Shown here: positions 1-12,059 of the stretch, one piece after another | Position numbering within the stretch: the stretch's first letter is position 1 | Layout of the letters: every line of letters begins with the position of its first letter | Assembly (NCBI GenBank): GCA_964016885.1 | Contig: OZ024744.1 | Location: 34,100,001-34,164,000 of the forward strand | Length of the DNA stretch: 64,000 bases | Direction: 5' to 3' | Source of the DNA: Eledone cirrhosa | Taxonomy: Eukaryota | Translations under genes and position numbers: made by a program | Notes under the pieces: generated by a model | Seen by the model: only the letters and a program-made list of their open reading frames with translations | Databases searched by the model: none | Told to the model about the DNA's origin: nothing

Positions 1-690
1 TTTCGGAGCAAGGATGGCTCTTTCGCTGAGCCAATCGAGGTTTTTAAAGTTAGATGAGACATTAGGAAAAACTGCTTCCCAAAGGTCAGAAGGGCTGCTC
101 ACAATGTTGCACAGCGTGTCGATTGCTATGCCGCCCTTGTCATCCGCAGGGATCTTGCCCTCACCAAGTGCTAAAATGTTCTGTGCTGCAGACATGTTGT
201 CACCATGCAAATGAGCACGCATATTTGTGCTCAGGTACAAACTATTCACCTGGAGCCACAGCATGGACGACTTAAGACAGGCACGCACTTCATCAGCTCT
301 TGTCCATTTGGGGATGACAGGCAGCGTTTTCCGAAAATACCCTGATAGCAGAAGGGTTACGCCACCCATAGGAGCCGTAGAATCCCTAATGTCTTTCCGG
401 GTCCTGTCCAATGCCTCAAGTGCACCCTTGTGTGCCATTGTGCACTCATCCCAAACAATGAGGCAACATCTTTTGAGAACCAGAGCTTTGTGTGAACTCT
501 TGCTGATATTGCATGTTGGTGTCTCAGTTTTTACTAAATACAAAGGGAGTTTAAAGGTTGAATGTGCTGTCCTGCCTCCCGGCAGCAAAGTAGCAGCGAT
601 CCCGGACGATGCAACGGCCAACGCAACTTTTTTCTCCTGACGAATCTTAGCGAGAATCAAATTCGTTACAAAGGTTTTTCCGGTACCCCA
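1..690 (-). pseudogene. Helitron Pif1-family helicase fragment
   Basis: Minus-strand translation GTGKTFVTNLILAKIRQEKKVALAVASSGIAATLLPGGRTAHSTFKLPL...IVWDECTM...GGVTLLLSG...LSTNMR matches Pif1 motifs I-IV. Confidence 0.9.
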
Positions 691-729
691 GGAACGTTTT
701 TTATTGGGGGGATCAGGGTTTTTTTTTTT

Positions 730-1458
730 TTACCTTGAGGTATAACCAGTCAGTAGTTCCTTCAAAGGCTCTGGCGGTTCCGGAAGAGGGGGAAAGGTGA
801 CGTTACCGTTTAAGCAGCACATTGCAGGTGGCTCCCCAGCCCACTTTGTAGCATTGCAGAATTGGCAATTGAAGCGCATCTCGCCTATATTTATGTCAGA
901 GTGCATCGAGTAATTAACGTTTTGCTCATACTTGAAAGCCCGTAGGTGCCAGTAAGGGCTGTTGGGGCTCGTCACACCGCGTGCAGCTTCTCGCCGTCGA
1001 CTGTTACGCTTGAACGTAGAACATTGGTCGTGTGGTTGGTGGGAAGGTCTGGCAGCAATAGCAGAAGCAACATTTGCAATGCTAATGGACCGCCCGTCTG
1101 CAACTTCAGAAGCCATGGAAGTAGTCATAGCCGCAGCGTTCGTAGGAAGGCGAGCCGTCCGTTGTTTTAAACGTTCCAAAGACCTGGAAGCAGCATTAGT
1201 CGCATCGTTTCTAGCCAGGCGCTTCGACCTTTGTTCCCGGCTCTCTGAAGCCCTGGAAGAAGCCTGGTATGAAGCCATTTTGGCTAGGCGTGCGGTGCGC
1301 TGTTGGAAACTTTCAGCGGCTCGACATTCTGCTGAACGTAAGGCTGTCTGTGAAAGTCTTGAAGCATTTTCCTCAGAGGACTCGTTTGCTATAGTAGCCT
1401 TTTGCGTCACTGCTGACGCGGTATGTCGACTGAGGCGACTTCTCTTTTTAGGTGACAT
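730..1458 (-). CDS. Helitron RepHel N-terminal region, truncated
   Basis: MSPKKRS start, R/A/E-rich repeats, then IGEM-x3-CQFCNATKWAGEPPAMCCLNGNV-PPLPEPPEPLKELL, typical of Helitron N-termini. Confidence 0.75.
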   Translation of the reverse strand: MSPKKRSRLSRHTASAVTQKATIANESSEENASRLSQTALRSAECRAAESFQQRTARLAKMASYQASSRASESREQRSKRLARNDATNAASRSLERLKQRTARLPTNAAAMTTSMASEVADGRSISIANVASAIAARPSHQPHDQCSTFKRNSRRREAARGVTSPNSPYWHLRAFKYEQNVNYSMHSDINIGEMRFNCQFCNATKWAGEPPAMCCLNGNVTFPPLPEPPEPLKELLTGYTSR

Positions 1459-1594
1459 TTTATGTCCAAAAGAAAGGGTGAAAGTTACTTCTACAGAAAA
1501 ATTGACTTTGAAAGTCTACTGTCTGTTTATGAATATTGTTATTGTTGTTGTGATACAAATGTTAGTAAGTAAATGGGTATCGAAAAATAAATTG

Positions 1595-1926
1595 TGAAAG
1601 TTACTTCAACATAAAAATTGACTTTGAAAGTATAAGGCTGATAATTGAATGTAAAAAGATTGATAAGAAAGGCCCCCCCCAAAAAAATTTACAGGTATTT
1701 GTATGTATGTGTGTATTTTTATGTCGAAAAGAAAGGGTTAAAGTTACTTCTACATAAAAATTTAGTTTGAAAGTGTAAGGCCGATGTGTGTGTAAATTAA
1801 GTGACAGGTATTTGTATGTATGTGTGTATATGTATGTATTTGTGTATATGTATTTATGTATGTATGTATGTATGTATGTATGTATGTATGTATGTATGTA
1901 TGTATGTATGTATGTATGTATGTGTG

Positions 1927-1958
<32 letters not shown>

Positions 1959-2155
1959 TTAAAGGTTGAAAGTTACTTCAACATAAAAATTGACTTTGAA
2001 AGTATAAGGCTGATAATTGAATGTAAAAAGATTGATAAGAAAGGCCCCCCCAAAAAAATTTACAGGTATTTGTATGTATGTGTGTATTTTTATGTCGAAA
2101 ATAAAGGGTTAAAGTTACTTATACAGAAAAATATAGTTTGAAAGTGTAAGGCCGA
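1595..2155. repeat. Direct duplication (~190 bp, starting at ~1595 and ~1967) with a (TATG)n spacer, inside the Helitron 5' region
   Basis: GAAAGTTACTTCAACATAAAAATTGACTTTGAAAGTATAAGG... occurs twice. Related subrepeats at ~1480, ~1740 and ~2111. Confidence 0.85.
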
Positions 2156-2601
2156 TTGAAAAACTTACAGTTTAGTAAATGAAAGTCAGCTTCGAAATGG
2201 AGCTAAAACAAACTGTGTATGCGTTGATTGAGTGAAATTCCCGCGTTCCTGTTTCTATGACGTCAATCGTAACCATACCCACATATATGTGTGTATATGT
2301 TTTTTTTCAATGTTTCTCTTTTTCACAAACACTTATAAGAGAAGGTAGCAATTTTAAGGGGAGGTAATGAAGGGAGTAGATATAGGAAACGTATATCATA
2401 TGAGAGAGGAGAAATCATCGATTGTTGAAATAAATCGATTTTTCCGTAATTGTGGCATTTTTTACCCAATAAGTTCGCCCATGACGCAAGTTAGAATATT
2501 TGTAAACATTCTGCTTAATTATTCATTCAATATTTTTGGAATTGTGTAAATGTATAAAATTGAAACATATATACAGACACAAAAATCTGCCTTTTATAGA
2601 T

Positions 2602-2780
2602 AATTGTTTCTACTTCTTGGCACAAGGCCAGCAATTACCCAGTGCATTACTGGTACTTTATTTTATCGACCCCGTAAGGATGAAAGGCAAAGTCAACCTC
2701 GGCGGGATTTGAACTCAGATCGTAAAGGGACGTAACTATGCTGGAAAGCATGGCGTCCGACCCTCTACCGATACTGCCAA
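2602..2780 (-). mobile_element. tRNA-derived SINE (Octopus-type)
   Basis: Box-B-like GAGTTCAAATCCC, core TTTGCCTTTCATCCTTACGGGGTCGATAAAATAAAGTACCAG, tail TGTGCCAAGAAGTAGAAACAATT. Several copies in the window. Confidence 0.85.
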
Positions 2781-2789
2781 GATAATAAT

Positions 2790-3435
<646 letters not shown>

Positions 3436-3487
3436 TAAGAATATTTTCGAAACAGCGAGCGGGTTTGAAATTATTAGAAATGTAAGC

Positions 3488-3660
3488 TATCGCCATGTTT
3501 TGACTAAAGGAATTAAAGAAAATTATTTAGCCTGATAGTGGGGTTAAGAACCCTCGGAGAAATGGAAAAAGACGAGTATTTTTCCATTTCTCCGAGGGTA
3601 CTTAACCCCACTATCAGGCTAAATAATTTCTTTAATTCCTCTAGTCAAAACATGGCGATA
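3488..3660. repeat. Long inverted repeat (~82-bp arms, 8-nt loop)
   Basis: TATCGCCATGTTTTGACT...GGAAAAA-gacgagta-TTTTTCC...AGTCAAAACATGGCGATA. Confidence 0.95.
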
Positions 3661-3714
3661 TATATATATATTTGTTTTGCAAGGTTTTTTTTATATGAAA
3701 TCGTGTGTCAAAAC

Positions 3715-4850
3715 AAATATTGTTATACTTGGGGAGGGTCATATTGTTGTAATAATATTGCCAGAAATAATAACAGGTCACACTCACTGTTTGGTTGTTT
3801 TCGCTTCTGCATCTTTTATATCTCCATAGTTAATTTATTTGGCAATCAATGTTTATCATTGACTGACCATCGGTTAAAAATACAGATATAAATATATATA
3901 TATAGTCTAACAAAGTTCTTTCGTTGCGCATCTGCAACATCATCAGTGGTACTATTATCATGTTCTCTCCTATTGTGTTGCATTGTAATGTTTACACCTT
4001 TTTAATTTGTTTTGTCTCCGTCTCTGCGCATGCGTTTGCGTGTGTGTATAATGTTTGGTGTGTGTGTTCGCGCGTGGGTGTATGTGTTTTTGTTTTTGTT
4101 TTTGTACTCTATCTTTGTTTACTAGTGTGTGTTTATATGTGTTTGTTGTTATTGTACTTGTATATATATATATATTTATTTATATTTCTCTTAAGTCAGT
4201 ATTGTTTGTTTGGGTATGGTTGTTGTTATTCCATTTGTTTTTTCTGTTTAACTTTGGTTTTCTAAGCTCTATTTCGCTCGCTTGTCTGATTTGCCTACCT
4301 GTTGGGTCATTTCTATGTTTAGATATTATTTTAATTTCTATGTTGTCTATATTACCGTGATGTCTTTGTCTGACGTGTTCGTATAGTACTCAACATTTTT
4401 TTTGTCCTTTTAATTCCCCCCAGTGTTGGTCGATTCGTTCTCCTATGCTTCGAGCTGTCTCACCTATGTATGTCGTTGTCATGTTTCTGCAAGTACCCTC
4501 TGTACATCTTATGCTATAGACTACATTTCTAGTTTTACAGTTTATCTGGGGGTTTACTATACATATAACACATTTCCTATTAGTACAGTGGGTTTTTTTA
4601 AAGGATATGTTTTGCTGATCACGGATTTTATGGTAGTTCCTGGCTTTTCTACCACCTTAAGCTTTAAGTGGGTCTTTCTTAGGGCCTTTCTACATTGGTT
4701 AGCTAATTTCCCCCCAGGGATAACATCTACGAACATGACATATTGCCGTAAGTTTCAATCAGGGACCAGTGAATCTTCCCCAGACTCATTTGTGACAAAG
4801 AATATCTACACAATAATAGCTTTTGCAGTCTCTGTCCCACCATGTTATGA
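3715..4850 (-). mobile_element. Penelope-like element 3' fragment (degenerate GIY-YIG plus pseudo-LTR with hammerhead motif)
   Basis: Minus strand ~4435-4470 translates YIGETARSIGER. The 3715-4045 segment is homologous to 14640-15002. Confidence 0.75.
3908..3950 (-). ncRNA. Minimal type I hammerhead ribozyme motif (Penelope pLTR type)
   Basis: ACCA-CUGAUGA-U-GUUGC-AGAUGC-GCAAC-GAAA-GAAC-UU-UGUU. Core intact, stem I has one mismatch. Confidence 0.6.
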
Positions 4851-4861
4851 TGTAACAGACC

Positions 4862-4963
4862 ACCAGCCATTTTTGCCTTTCATCCTTACGGGGCCGATAA
4901 AATAAAGTACCAGTAATACACTAGGTGATTGCTGGCCTTGTGTCAAACGTAGAAACAATTATT
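4862..4963 (+). mobile_element. SINE 3' half
   Basis: TTTGCCTTTCATCCTTACGGGGCCGATAAAATAAAGTACCAG...GTAGAAACAATT. Confidence 0.8.
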
Positions 4964-5029
4964 CCAATGGCAATAAAGATGGAGCGCGTGGACCTGAGCA
5001 AATAAAGACCCCCAAAAACCATGATCAGA

Positions 5030-5350
5030 CAAGGAAAATGGTCAGTATAAGAACAATATAGAGGGGCTAACATCGGTCAGCATCACTCGTGATTTAGCCA
5101 ATCTCTTTATTATATGGTTGGATATGACACTCAAAGAACGAGTAGCCAAGAACCATTTAGCCCTAAATATGTTCTCCCATTATGTAGAGGTTATCTGTAC
5201 AGTAGTATAGACATGCCGCTAAAGAAATCATCAAGGGACTAGAAATAAACGGTAAAAATCATTCAGCAAATAAATACCCCTCCATCCACTAGAGTATTAA
5301 AATAGACTGCCCAAACCACAGACTACCTGTTTTAGACACACAACTCTGTA
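5030..5350 (+). pseudogene. Penelope-like RT fragment (opposite strand to the adjacent GIY-YIG piece)
   Basis: Translates TRDLANLFIIWLD...MFSHYVE (YVDD region) and IKIDCPNHRLPVLDTQL. Confidence 0.55.
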
Positions 5351-5351
5351 T

Positions 5352-5535
5352 TCTTCTTGTCGTGTCCACAAGAGTGTCAGTTACAAAGCTTGGTTAGATG
5401 TAGTTCCGCCACAGCTGTCCTTTCTCATTAAACTCTGTCACGTCCAATGTTGTGCAGGGATGTTCCAGCAGGGGTCATATCAGGAGGTGCCACGCAGTCT
5501 GTGGTTTGATGCCGCAGTCACACACAATGTCCCTA
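5352..5535 (-). mobile_element. LINE 3' end fragment (CCHC-like finger, short AAG tail)
   Basis: Minus translation VCDCGIKPQTAWHLLI*P, ending in AAGAAGAA. Confidence 0.45.
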
Positions 5536-5586
5536 TCCTTTAAATATCCCGATTTTGCAATATTGATATGTATATATGTATGTATG

Positions 5587-8500
5587 TTCTTCTGGTTTTA
5601 TAACTTCACACATTTTTTCCCAATAGAAAGAGAGAGTCGGTTTCTAACATAGACACAAGACTCTCTCATTGGAATTTACACAACATCAACTAGGTAGATA
5701 TGTATGTATGTCTGCATGTATACATGTGTAGATATGTTATTGTATGTGTGGATGTTTGCGTTTTGAGTTGTATGTGTGCATGCGTATATGCAGTTATTAA
5801 ATGCAGAATGTTTGGAATATCTTACATACTTCTACTGTTCCATTAATGGATTGTACTTGTAATTTCTTAACAAGTGTTCTTTCTGTTCCTGTGAAGCCTA
5901 GCTTCTCAAGATTTGTATTGAGGCAGTTACTAACATACCCCAGTGCCCCAATAATCACAGGCACAAATCTGAAGGTGTAAACAGGGTGGAGTATCTGCAG
6001 ATTTCTCATCAGTTCTGCATAAATATTCTCCTTGATATTATATTGGCATCCGCTGGGCAGCAGATTTCCACTACTGTGCATGCCTTCTTTTCCCTGTACC
6101 ATATCATATTATCTGGTCTGTTATGCCTGCATTTTATTGGGGTTTTAACTGGAACATTCCACCAGTACTCTTTCATATTATGTATATGTATGTCTTCCAC
6201 ATTGCTGTAGCTTTTAATGTGCTTATTATCGGTGCTATATTTTTTACGGTTTGCAGTGTACAGTGTTTTGGCCACTACATCATGCCTCATAGGTAGATAG
6301 TACCGCGATGACATCTTTCGAGAGCTGCTGATGACATTGATGATATCTTCGATGTTAGTTCTACAGAGTTTGCACTTGTTATCACATTTAGGTGTTTTGC
6401 CTGCATGCCTATCTCTTTTGTGAATCAGGTATTTCGTGTTAATTTCCTGTTCTTGGATTGCAAAAGCGTATCCTTCAAAGTGGGAGCCAATATAGAGGTT
6501 GTTGGTCCAAGATAGACTACTTTCCTTATCTATATTATTCTCCCTCTGGAGCTTCCTGGCACCATATCCATGCATGATTTTTTGCTGATAAGTATGCAGG
6601 TTTTCATCCATGGATTCACTGCGATACTGCTGAGCGACTTCCCTGGGTGTGAGTTTTTGATTATCACACAGGGAATATCTCTCGAGGACTTCCTTCCCAA
6701 CTCTCATGATCTTATCTGTTTCATGCAGATATACTTGATCCAGAGACGGGCTCCTACGCTTCGAGGCTCGTAGATGTTGTCGGAGGGATATGATGCGATA
6801 TTCAAATGCTGTCTGGACTGATGTTAGGCCTCTGCCTCCCTGCTTACGTTTCAAGTAAAGGCGGTCTATGTCACTGTTGATGTGGAAGTTTCCGGTGTTG
6901 TTTAGTATTTTTCGAGTTCTAACATCAATTGCTCGGATTTCGTCTATCATCCAATTGAGTATTCCAAACGTTGGTGTTAGGACAGGCACAGCAAACACAT
7001 TGTGAGCCACTGTGTGCCACTGTTTTGTTGTGCGCAGAGAGTTCCGATGACCATATTGTTTTTAATCGGGTGTTGTATTCCCTGGTTACGCGTTCCTTAT
7101 TACAGATACCATTATAGGATATGTTCACATCTATCCCCAGGTATCTGTAGTAGTCCTCATCAGATATCGGTGAAACAGTTAGGCCATTGATGACAATGTT
7201 GCTAGATTGGGTTGTTGTTTTTCCCCGCTTTACAATCATATATGAGCATTAATCTTGGCCAAACTCCATTCCTATATCCTTTGAGAACGTTGTAACCAGG
7301 TCAAAATTTTTCTTCATCCCATCCATCTTCTTGGCATAGAGTTTCAGATCATCCATAAATAAATTATGGGGTAGGTTCGTATTTCTGTCCTCCTGTGAGC
7401 CAATGATGTATCCCTCACATTTCTTGAGCAGAAAGGACAAGGGGTTTAATGACAAGATGAACAATATCACAGAGAGACAGTCCCCCTGAAATATACCCCT
7501 GCAATATTTTATTTTATCAGTGAATATAGAGTCCTCCCTCTCTGTCTTTAACTTTAGGATAGTAGCCCAAGAAGAAGACAGCCTCTCTATGGCTCTGACA
7601 ATAATATGTGGGACTTTAGCAAGTTGGAGCGCCTCTATCATCCAAGAGTGGAGAACAGAATAGAAAGCTTTCTTGTAGTCCAGCCTGACTGTAGCCATAT
7701 GCCTCCTAAGTTGTGGCACCTCCGACATCGCAGTTTTGTTGATTAGGAGTTGTTCAGCACATCCCCAAACCCCTTTCTTTCCAACTGCTTGTTCATCTGT
7801 AATGATGTTATTATTTTCACAGTGATCTTGGAGGAATAGGTTCAGGTAGGCTGTATACATCTTATACATTAGATTCTGGCATGCCGTGGGTCGGTAGTTT
7901 TTTGCCAAGTGGGTGTCTTTGTTCTTGGGGACCACTAATGTTTGTGCTAATGTAAACCATTCTGGTATAAGTGTATCTCCCTTAAGAACTTGTTGGTAGA
8001 GGTCAGTAAGATACCTCCGATAGAATATCAGTTTTTTGTACCAGTAGCCGACAATCATGTCTCTTCCTGTGTTTTCTTATCTTGGAGTTTTCCTATCACA
8101 GTCTCAAGGGTACCCTCACTTATTTCGTATGTTTTTGTTGTAGTGTAGGAGCAATAGTTCTTTCGGATTTCTTTTAACCACACTGCATCTTGGTTGAAAT
8201 TCTTCTTTCCACCCCATTTTTTGCTCCAAAAGGAATCTATGTCTTTATAGGACGGGGCCTCAGTGACACTTATTATTTTGTTCTTCATATCTCTATAGAC
8301 TGATTTTTGGTTTCGTCTGAATCTTTTATTAAGTACTTTTCTCTCATCTACCTTCTTCAGGTATCGGCGTTTTTCGCTAACAGCTCTCAATTCTTGTTTG
8401 AGGATGATCAGCTTATATTGAAGTGTTCTGGTTCTACTGTTACCAAACATCGTCTCTATTTTATTTTTCACTCTTTGATGGTGAGGAGTGAGGTATGTTA
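5587..8500 (-). mobile_element. R4/Dong-clade RLE non-LTR retrotransposon, frameshifted
   Basis: ORF pieces 8055-8471, 7249-8058 (YRP, GIFQGDCLS, FMDDLKLY), 6925-7239, 6009-7010 (RLYL..GGRGL, CKLC, RHD, RPD..EICCP) and 5797-6102 (VPVIIGALG). The 3' end abuts CATACATAC. Confidence 0.9.
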
Positions 8501-8576
8501 TCTCTTTCTCTTAATTTCGAGTATATTTTTGACCGGCCACCTTCCTGGTGGCAAGGTTGTAAAAGAAAAGAAATTG

Positions 8577-8917
8577 TCATCCCTTGAATCGCAAGAATGT
8601 TTTGCAAATTTTGAAGGTGCCAGCTATCGCAGCCATTTGTAGTCTATGAATTATGGAGCTGCGCTCTTTGTCCGCAAATCCAAGTTCAGTTATACACTGG
8701 TCCAAGCGTGTTGGTATATAACCCGTAGCTCCAATAATGATGGGTATGAAGCTAAAGGTGTATATTGGATACTGAATTTGTAAACTCCTCATCAATGGTC
8801 CGTAGATGTCCTCCTTCTCTTCTATTTTTCTGACAACGTTTACATCAAGTGGGCAGCTGATCTCCACAACAGAACACGTTTTCAATGTGTGGTCCCAAAC
8901 AACAATATCAGGCCGGT
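8577..8917 (-). mobile_element. Second R4/Dong-type 3' fragment (RLE domain)
   Basis: NRPDIVVWD...VVEISCPLDVN...IPIIIGATG...KICKTFL. 5'-truncated directly at (TACA)n. Confidence 0.85.
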
Positions 8918-9042
8918 TGTATGTATGTATGTATGTATGCATGTATGTATGTATGTATGTATGTATGTATGTATGTATGTATGTATGTATGTATGTATGT
9001 ATGTATGTATGTATGTATGTATGTATGTATGTATGTATGTAT
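8918..9042. repeat. (TATG)n microsatellite
   Basis: Directly visible. Confidence 0.98.
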
Positions 9043-9049
9043 ATCTAGG

Positions 9050-9590
9050 GCGGGTAAAATTCCCGAGATAATTGTGGATATAATTTTTATCTCTATGTTC
9101 TCTAATGTGCCCCTTTGTTCTATTTTGGCATGTTGGTGGAGTACTGATAAGTTTTTCCCATCCTAGACTTCTCGCTAGTGTTCACTTATCCTTTCTCCTA
9201 TGCTACGGGATGTTTCACCTATGTATGTTATATTCTTATTCCTACACTGTCCGTCAGTACATCTTATGCTATATACTACGTTCCTAGTTTTGCGATTTGT
9301 TTGAGGGCTTAGCTTGCAGACTATGCGTTTCCTATCAGCACAGGGGCATCTTTGAAACGGGTATGTTTTGCTAATTAGGGTTTTTATGAGAATACCTGGT
9401 CTTTCAACTATCTTAATATTTGGTTTGAGCCAGTCTAGGGCCCATCTAAATATGTAAGCTAGTTCGCCTCTAGGGGTTGTAGCGACGAACATTATACTCT
9501 GGTATTTATTGCTATCATACCATGATTTTGCCTTATTCTTAATCCTCTCTATTCTGTTCCAAAATTTGCTCCCATACATGGGGCAAGTTC
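9050..9590 (-). mobile_element. Penelope-like GIY-YIG endonuclease fragment
   Basis: ORF 9175-9579: TPRGELA...IKIVERPG...NVVYSIRC...YIGETSRSIGERISEH. Confidence 0.85.
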
Positions 9591-10444
9591 CATATATATA
9601 TTAATAAAAACGATGAAGATTCGTTTGCATGTATTTAGATTTTGTATTGTGTGTCAGCCTGCTACGCGTCTTTCGTAGCGGATTGGCTCAGTGTCACCCA
9701 TAGAAATTATGAATCCGACTCCATTATCGATCTCTCTTCTTACTGGTGATCCGACAAAAAATATAGTATATATATATGTATGTGTGTGTGTGTGTGTGTG
9801 TGTGGAGGGAGAGAGAAAGGGAAAGATTATATTATTTATTCAAGTGTGAGCTACATGTGCTCTGATATAGAGTTACTGTCCTTGCTTTCAAACTGTTTCC
9901 CCTTCTTTTTTCACTATGTGGGACGTTTCCCTCACCACATCACATTGAATGATGTTATTTAAAGAGTGACAATTTTGTTGTCTTTTAAGCATAACTGGAG
10001 CTTATTGGTCTTAACCACGGTGATACTTAGTGTCGCGGGGGTTTAACTCCTTTTCTCATTCAACGAGGGAAAATGATTCCATGTTTCGTGACATACTCCA
10101 GCGCTAAAATTGTCACTTCAGCCAATGTTTAAAATACAGCCACTCACAAGGCAGCAGAGGAACAGAAGATGGATAAATTAACAAGATGTTTTTTTTTACA
10201 ATCTCTCCTCACTTCTGCGACTAGCGTTTCCCTCCGTTGAGAGGAAGGGTATCATGCCTGAGAAATAAGTCCTGAGAGATACATTGGCTTATACAGCTAA
10301 TATTGCTAGTCTTCTTGTCTGTGGGGCGGCGTAAAACAGATAAGTTGTTTAGAAGTTGTGTACTTATATTTTGGAGAAATAAAATTATATCTTAGTGTGT
10401 TATTTACAATTTAACAAACTGGGTTTATTATAACGTACTTTAAG

Positions 10445-10615
10445 GGCGGTGGATTGGCAGTTTGGTAGAGTGTCGGACAGCATGCTTTGTGGCATATAGT
10501 TGCAGCATTTTACGTTCTGAGTTCAAAACTTACCGAGATTAGCTTTGCCTTTAACATGTACGGGGTCGATAAAATAAACTACTAGTAATGCACTAGGGTA
10601 GATTTAATCGATTTT
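10445..10615 (+). mobile_element. tRNA-derived SINE, diverged
   Basis: GGCGGTGGATTGGCAG head, GAGTTCAAA box B, GGGGTCGATAAAATA core. Confidence 0.75.
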
Positions 10616-10672
10616 CCCTTCAAATTGCTGATTTGAAATGTCTGGCCAAATGTAGAAACAATTGTAACTTAC

Positions 10673-10892
10673 CAGGCTGCATATCGATTATGGCCGATTC
10701 ATTAACATTCGCTGTGGCTGTTGGTAACTCCACAGACTCAGGATCGATAGATGTTATATTAAATTGTTCCAGTTTCTGTTGCCGTCGTCGGAGTCGTTTT
10801 TCACGATAACAAGGAAATATGGACTCAGCAAGCCGTCGGACTCTTTCAGCACATCTTGAGAGAAACTTCCGGCGCATTTTACGTTCCGACAT
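10673..10892 (-). CDS. Possible orphan host exon (unknown protein)
   Basis: Non-repetitive reading frame MSERKMRRKF...IDMQP ending at a consensus donor CTG|GTAAGT. No clear acceptor. Confidence 0.3.
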
Positions 10893-11129
10893 TATCAAAC
10901 GAATAGAAAAAGAAACAAGAAAAAACAAGCAAACACAAAAACAAATAAGATCAGTTATCAAACACTCAACCAATCAAACAAACAATCAGACAATGTAGAT
11001 CAATTATCAGCAGTAATAAATTTCTGGATTGTTATACAGAAGAATATTTGTATAAAATACAAAATACACTTGTACACTTTCGAGAAAATATTTCACTAAT
11101 GGCAGAAAATATTGAAATGGTATGAATCT

Positions 11130-11415
11130 ATACGTATACATACATATATACGTACACAAATACATACATACACACATATATACATACATAAACACATACA
11201 TAAATACATACATACCTACAAACATACATACATACATACATACATGCACACATGCATAACTACTACATACATGTATACATACATACACACACCCATGCAT
11301 ACATATATATATATATATACACACACAATCATACACAAACAGACACATGCACGCATACATATAGACACACACACACATATATGCATGTATATATATATAT
11401 GTGTGTGTGTGTGGG
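11130..11415. repeat. Degenerate (CATA)/(CA) microsatellite
   Basis: Directly visible. Confidence 0.9.
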
Positions 11416-11543
11416 GGGTGTTATAACAGAATGTTAATATCTATTTAACACACAACCATGACGTCATAATAAGAAATCGAGAAAAACCGTGAAAATCTAT
11501 TAAAAAATGTTAACATCATAGATTGGAACGCATGAGGCCCCGA

Positions 11544-11957
11544 TTGTTGTTGTTGCTGTTCTGGTGGTGGTGGTGGTGGTGGTAGTGGTGGTGGTAGTGG
11601 TGGTGGTGGTAGTGGTGGTGGTAATGTTGGTGGCGGTGTGGTGGTAATGGTTGTTTGTTGATGGCGGTATTGGTGCTGGTGGTAGTGGTAGTGGTGGTGA
11701 TGGTAGTTGTGGTGATGGTAGTGGTAGTAGTGGTGGTGGCGGTGGTGGTGGTGATGGTATGGTGGTGTTGTGAGTGGTCTTTTTTGCTGTGGATGTGGTG
11801 GTGGTGTTGCTGGTGGTAGTCGTAGTAGTGGTGGTGGCGGTTTTGTGGGTGGTGTTTTTTGTTGTGGTGGTGGTGGATTTGGTTGTGGTAGTGCTGGTGG
11901 TGGTGTTTCTGGTGGGCGTCGTGATTGTGGTCGTGGTGGTGGTGGGGGTGGTGTTGT
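11544..11957. repeat. Degenerate (GGT/GTT/AGT)n trinucleotide repeat
   Basis: Directly visible. Produces spurious His/Thr/Val ORFs. Confidence 0.9.
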
Positions 11958-12059
11958 TGGCTAAGAACTATCACGTGGCTAGCGGTCAAGGCAGAAAGTT
12001 TGTGACACCAATCACAAACTTTCTGCCTTGACCGCTAGCTACGTGATAGTTCTTAGCCA
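11958..12059. repeat. Inverted repeat (48-bp arms, 6-nt loop)
   Basis: TGGCTAAGAACTATCACG...TTTGTGA-caccaa-TCACAAA...CGTGATAGTTCTTAGCCA, one G-T pair. Confidence 0.95.

Larger units (their letters stand above)
1..2600 (-). mobile_element. Helitron, internally deleted (5' end, N-terminal ORF, then Pif1 helicase; runs off the left edge)
   Basis: 5' terminus A|TCTATAAAAGGCAGATTTTTGTGTCTG at 2600 (minus). N-terminal ORF 730-1458 has a Cys motif. Helicase at 1-690. Confidence 0.85.

Noticed and set aside
227-1597. Plus-strand ORFs over the Helitron and antisense ORFs over Tx1/Gypsy
   Set aside because: Shadow frames of the real opposite-strand coding sequences.
10445-10530. tRNA gene
   Set aside because: Only box A/B-like SINE head; no cloverleaf.
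11516-11989. His-rich metal-binding protein
   Set aside because: Trinucleotide repeat, open in multiple frames.
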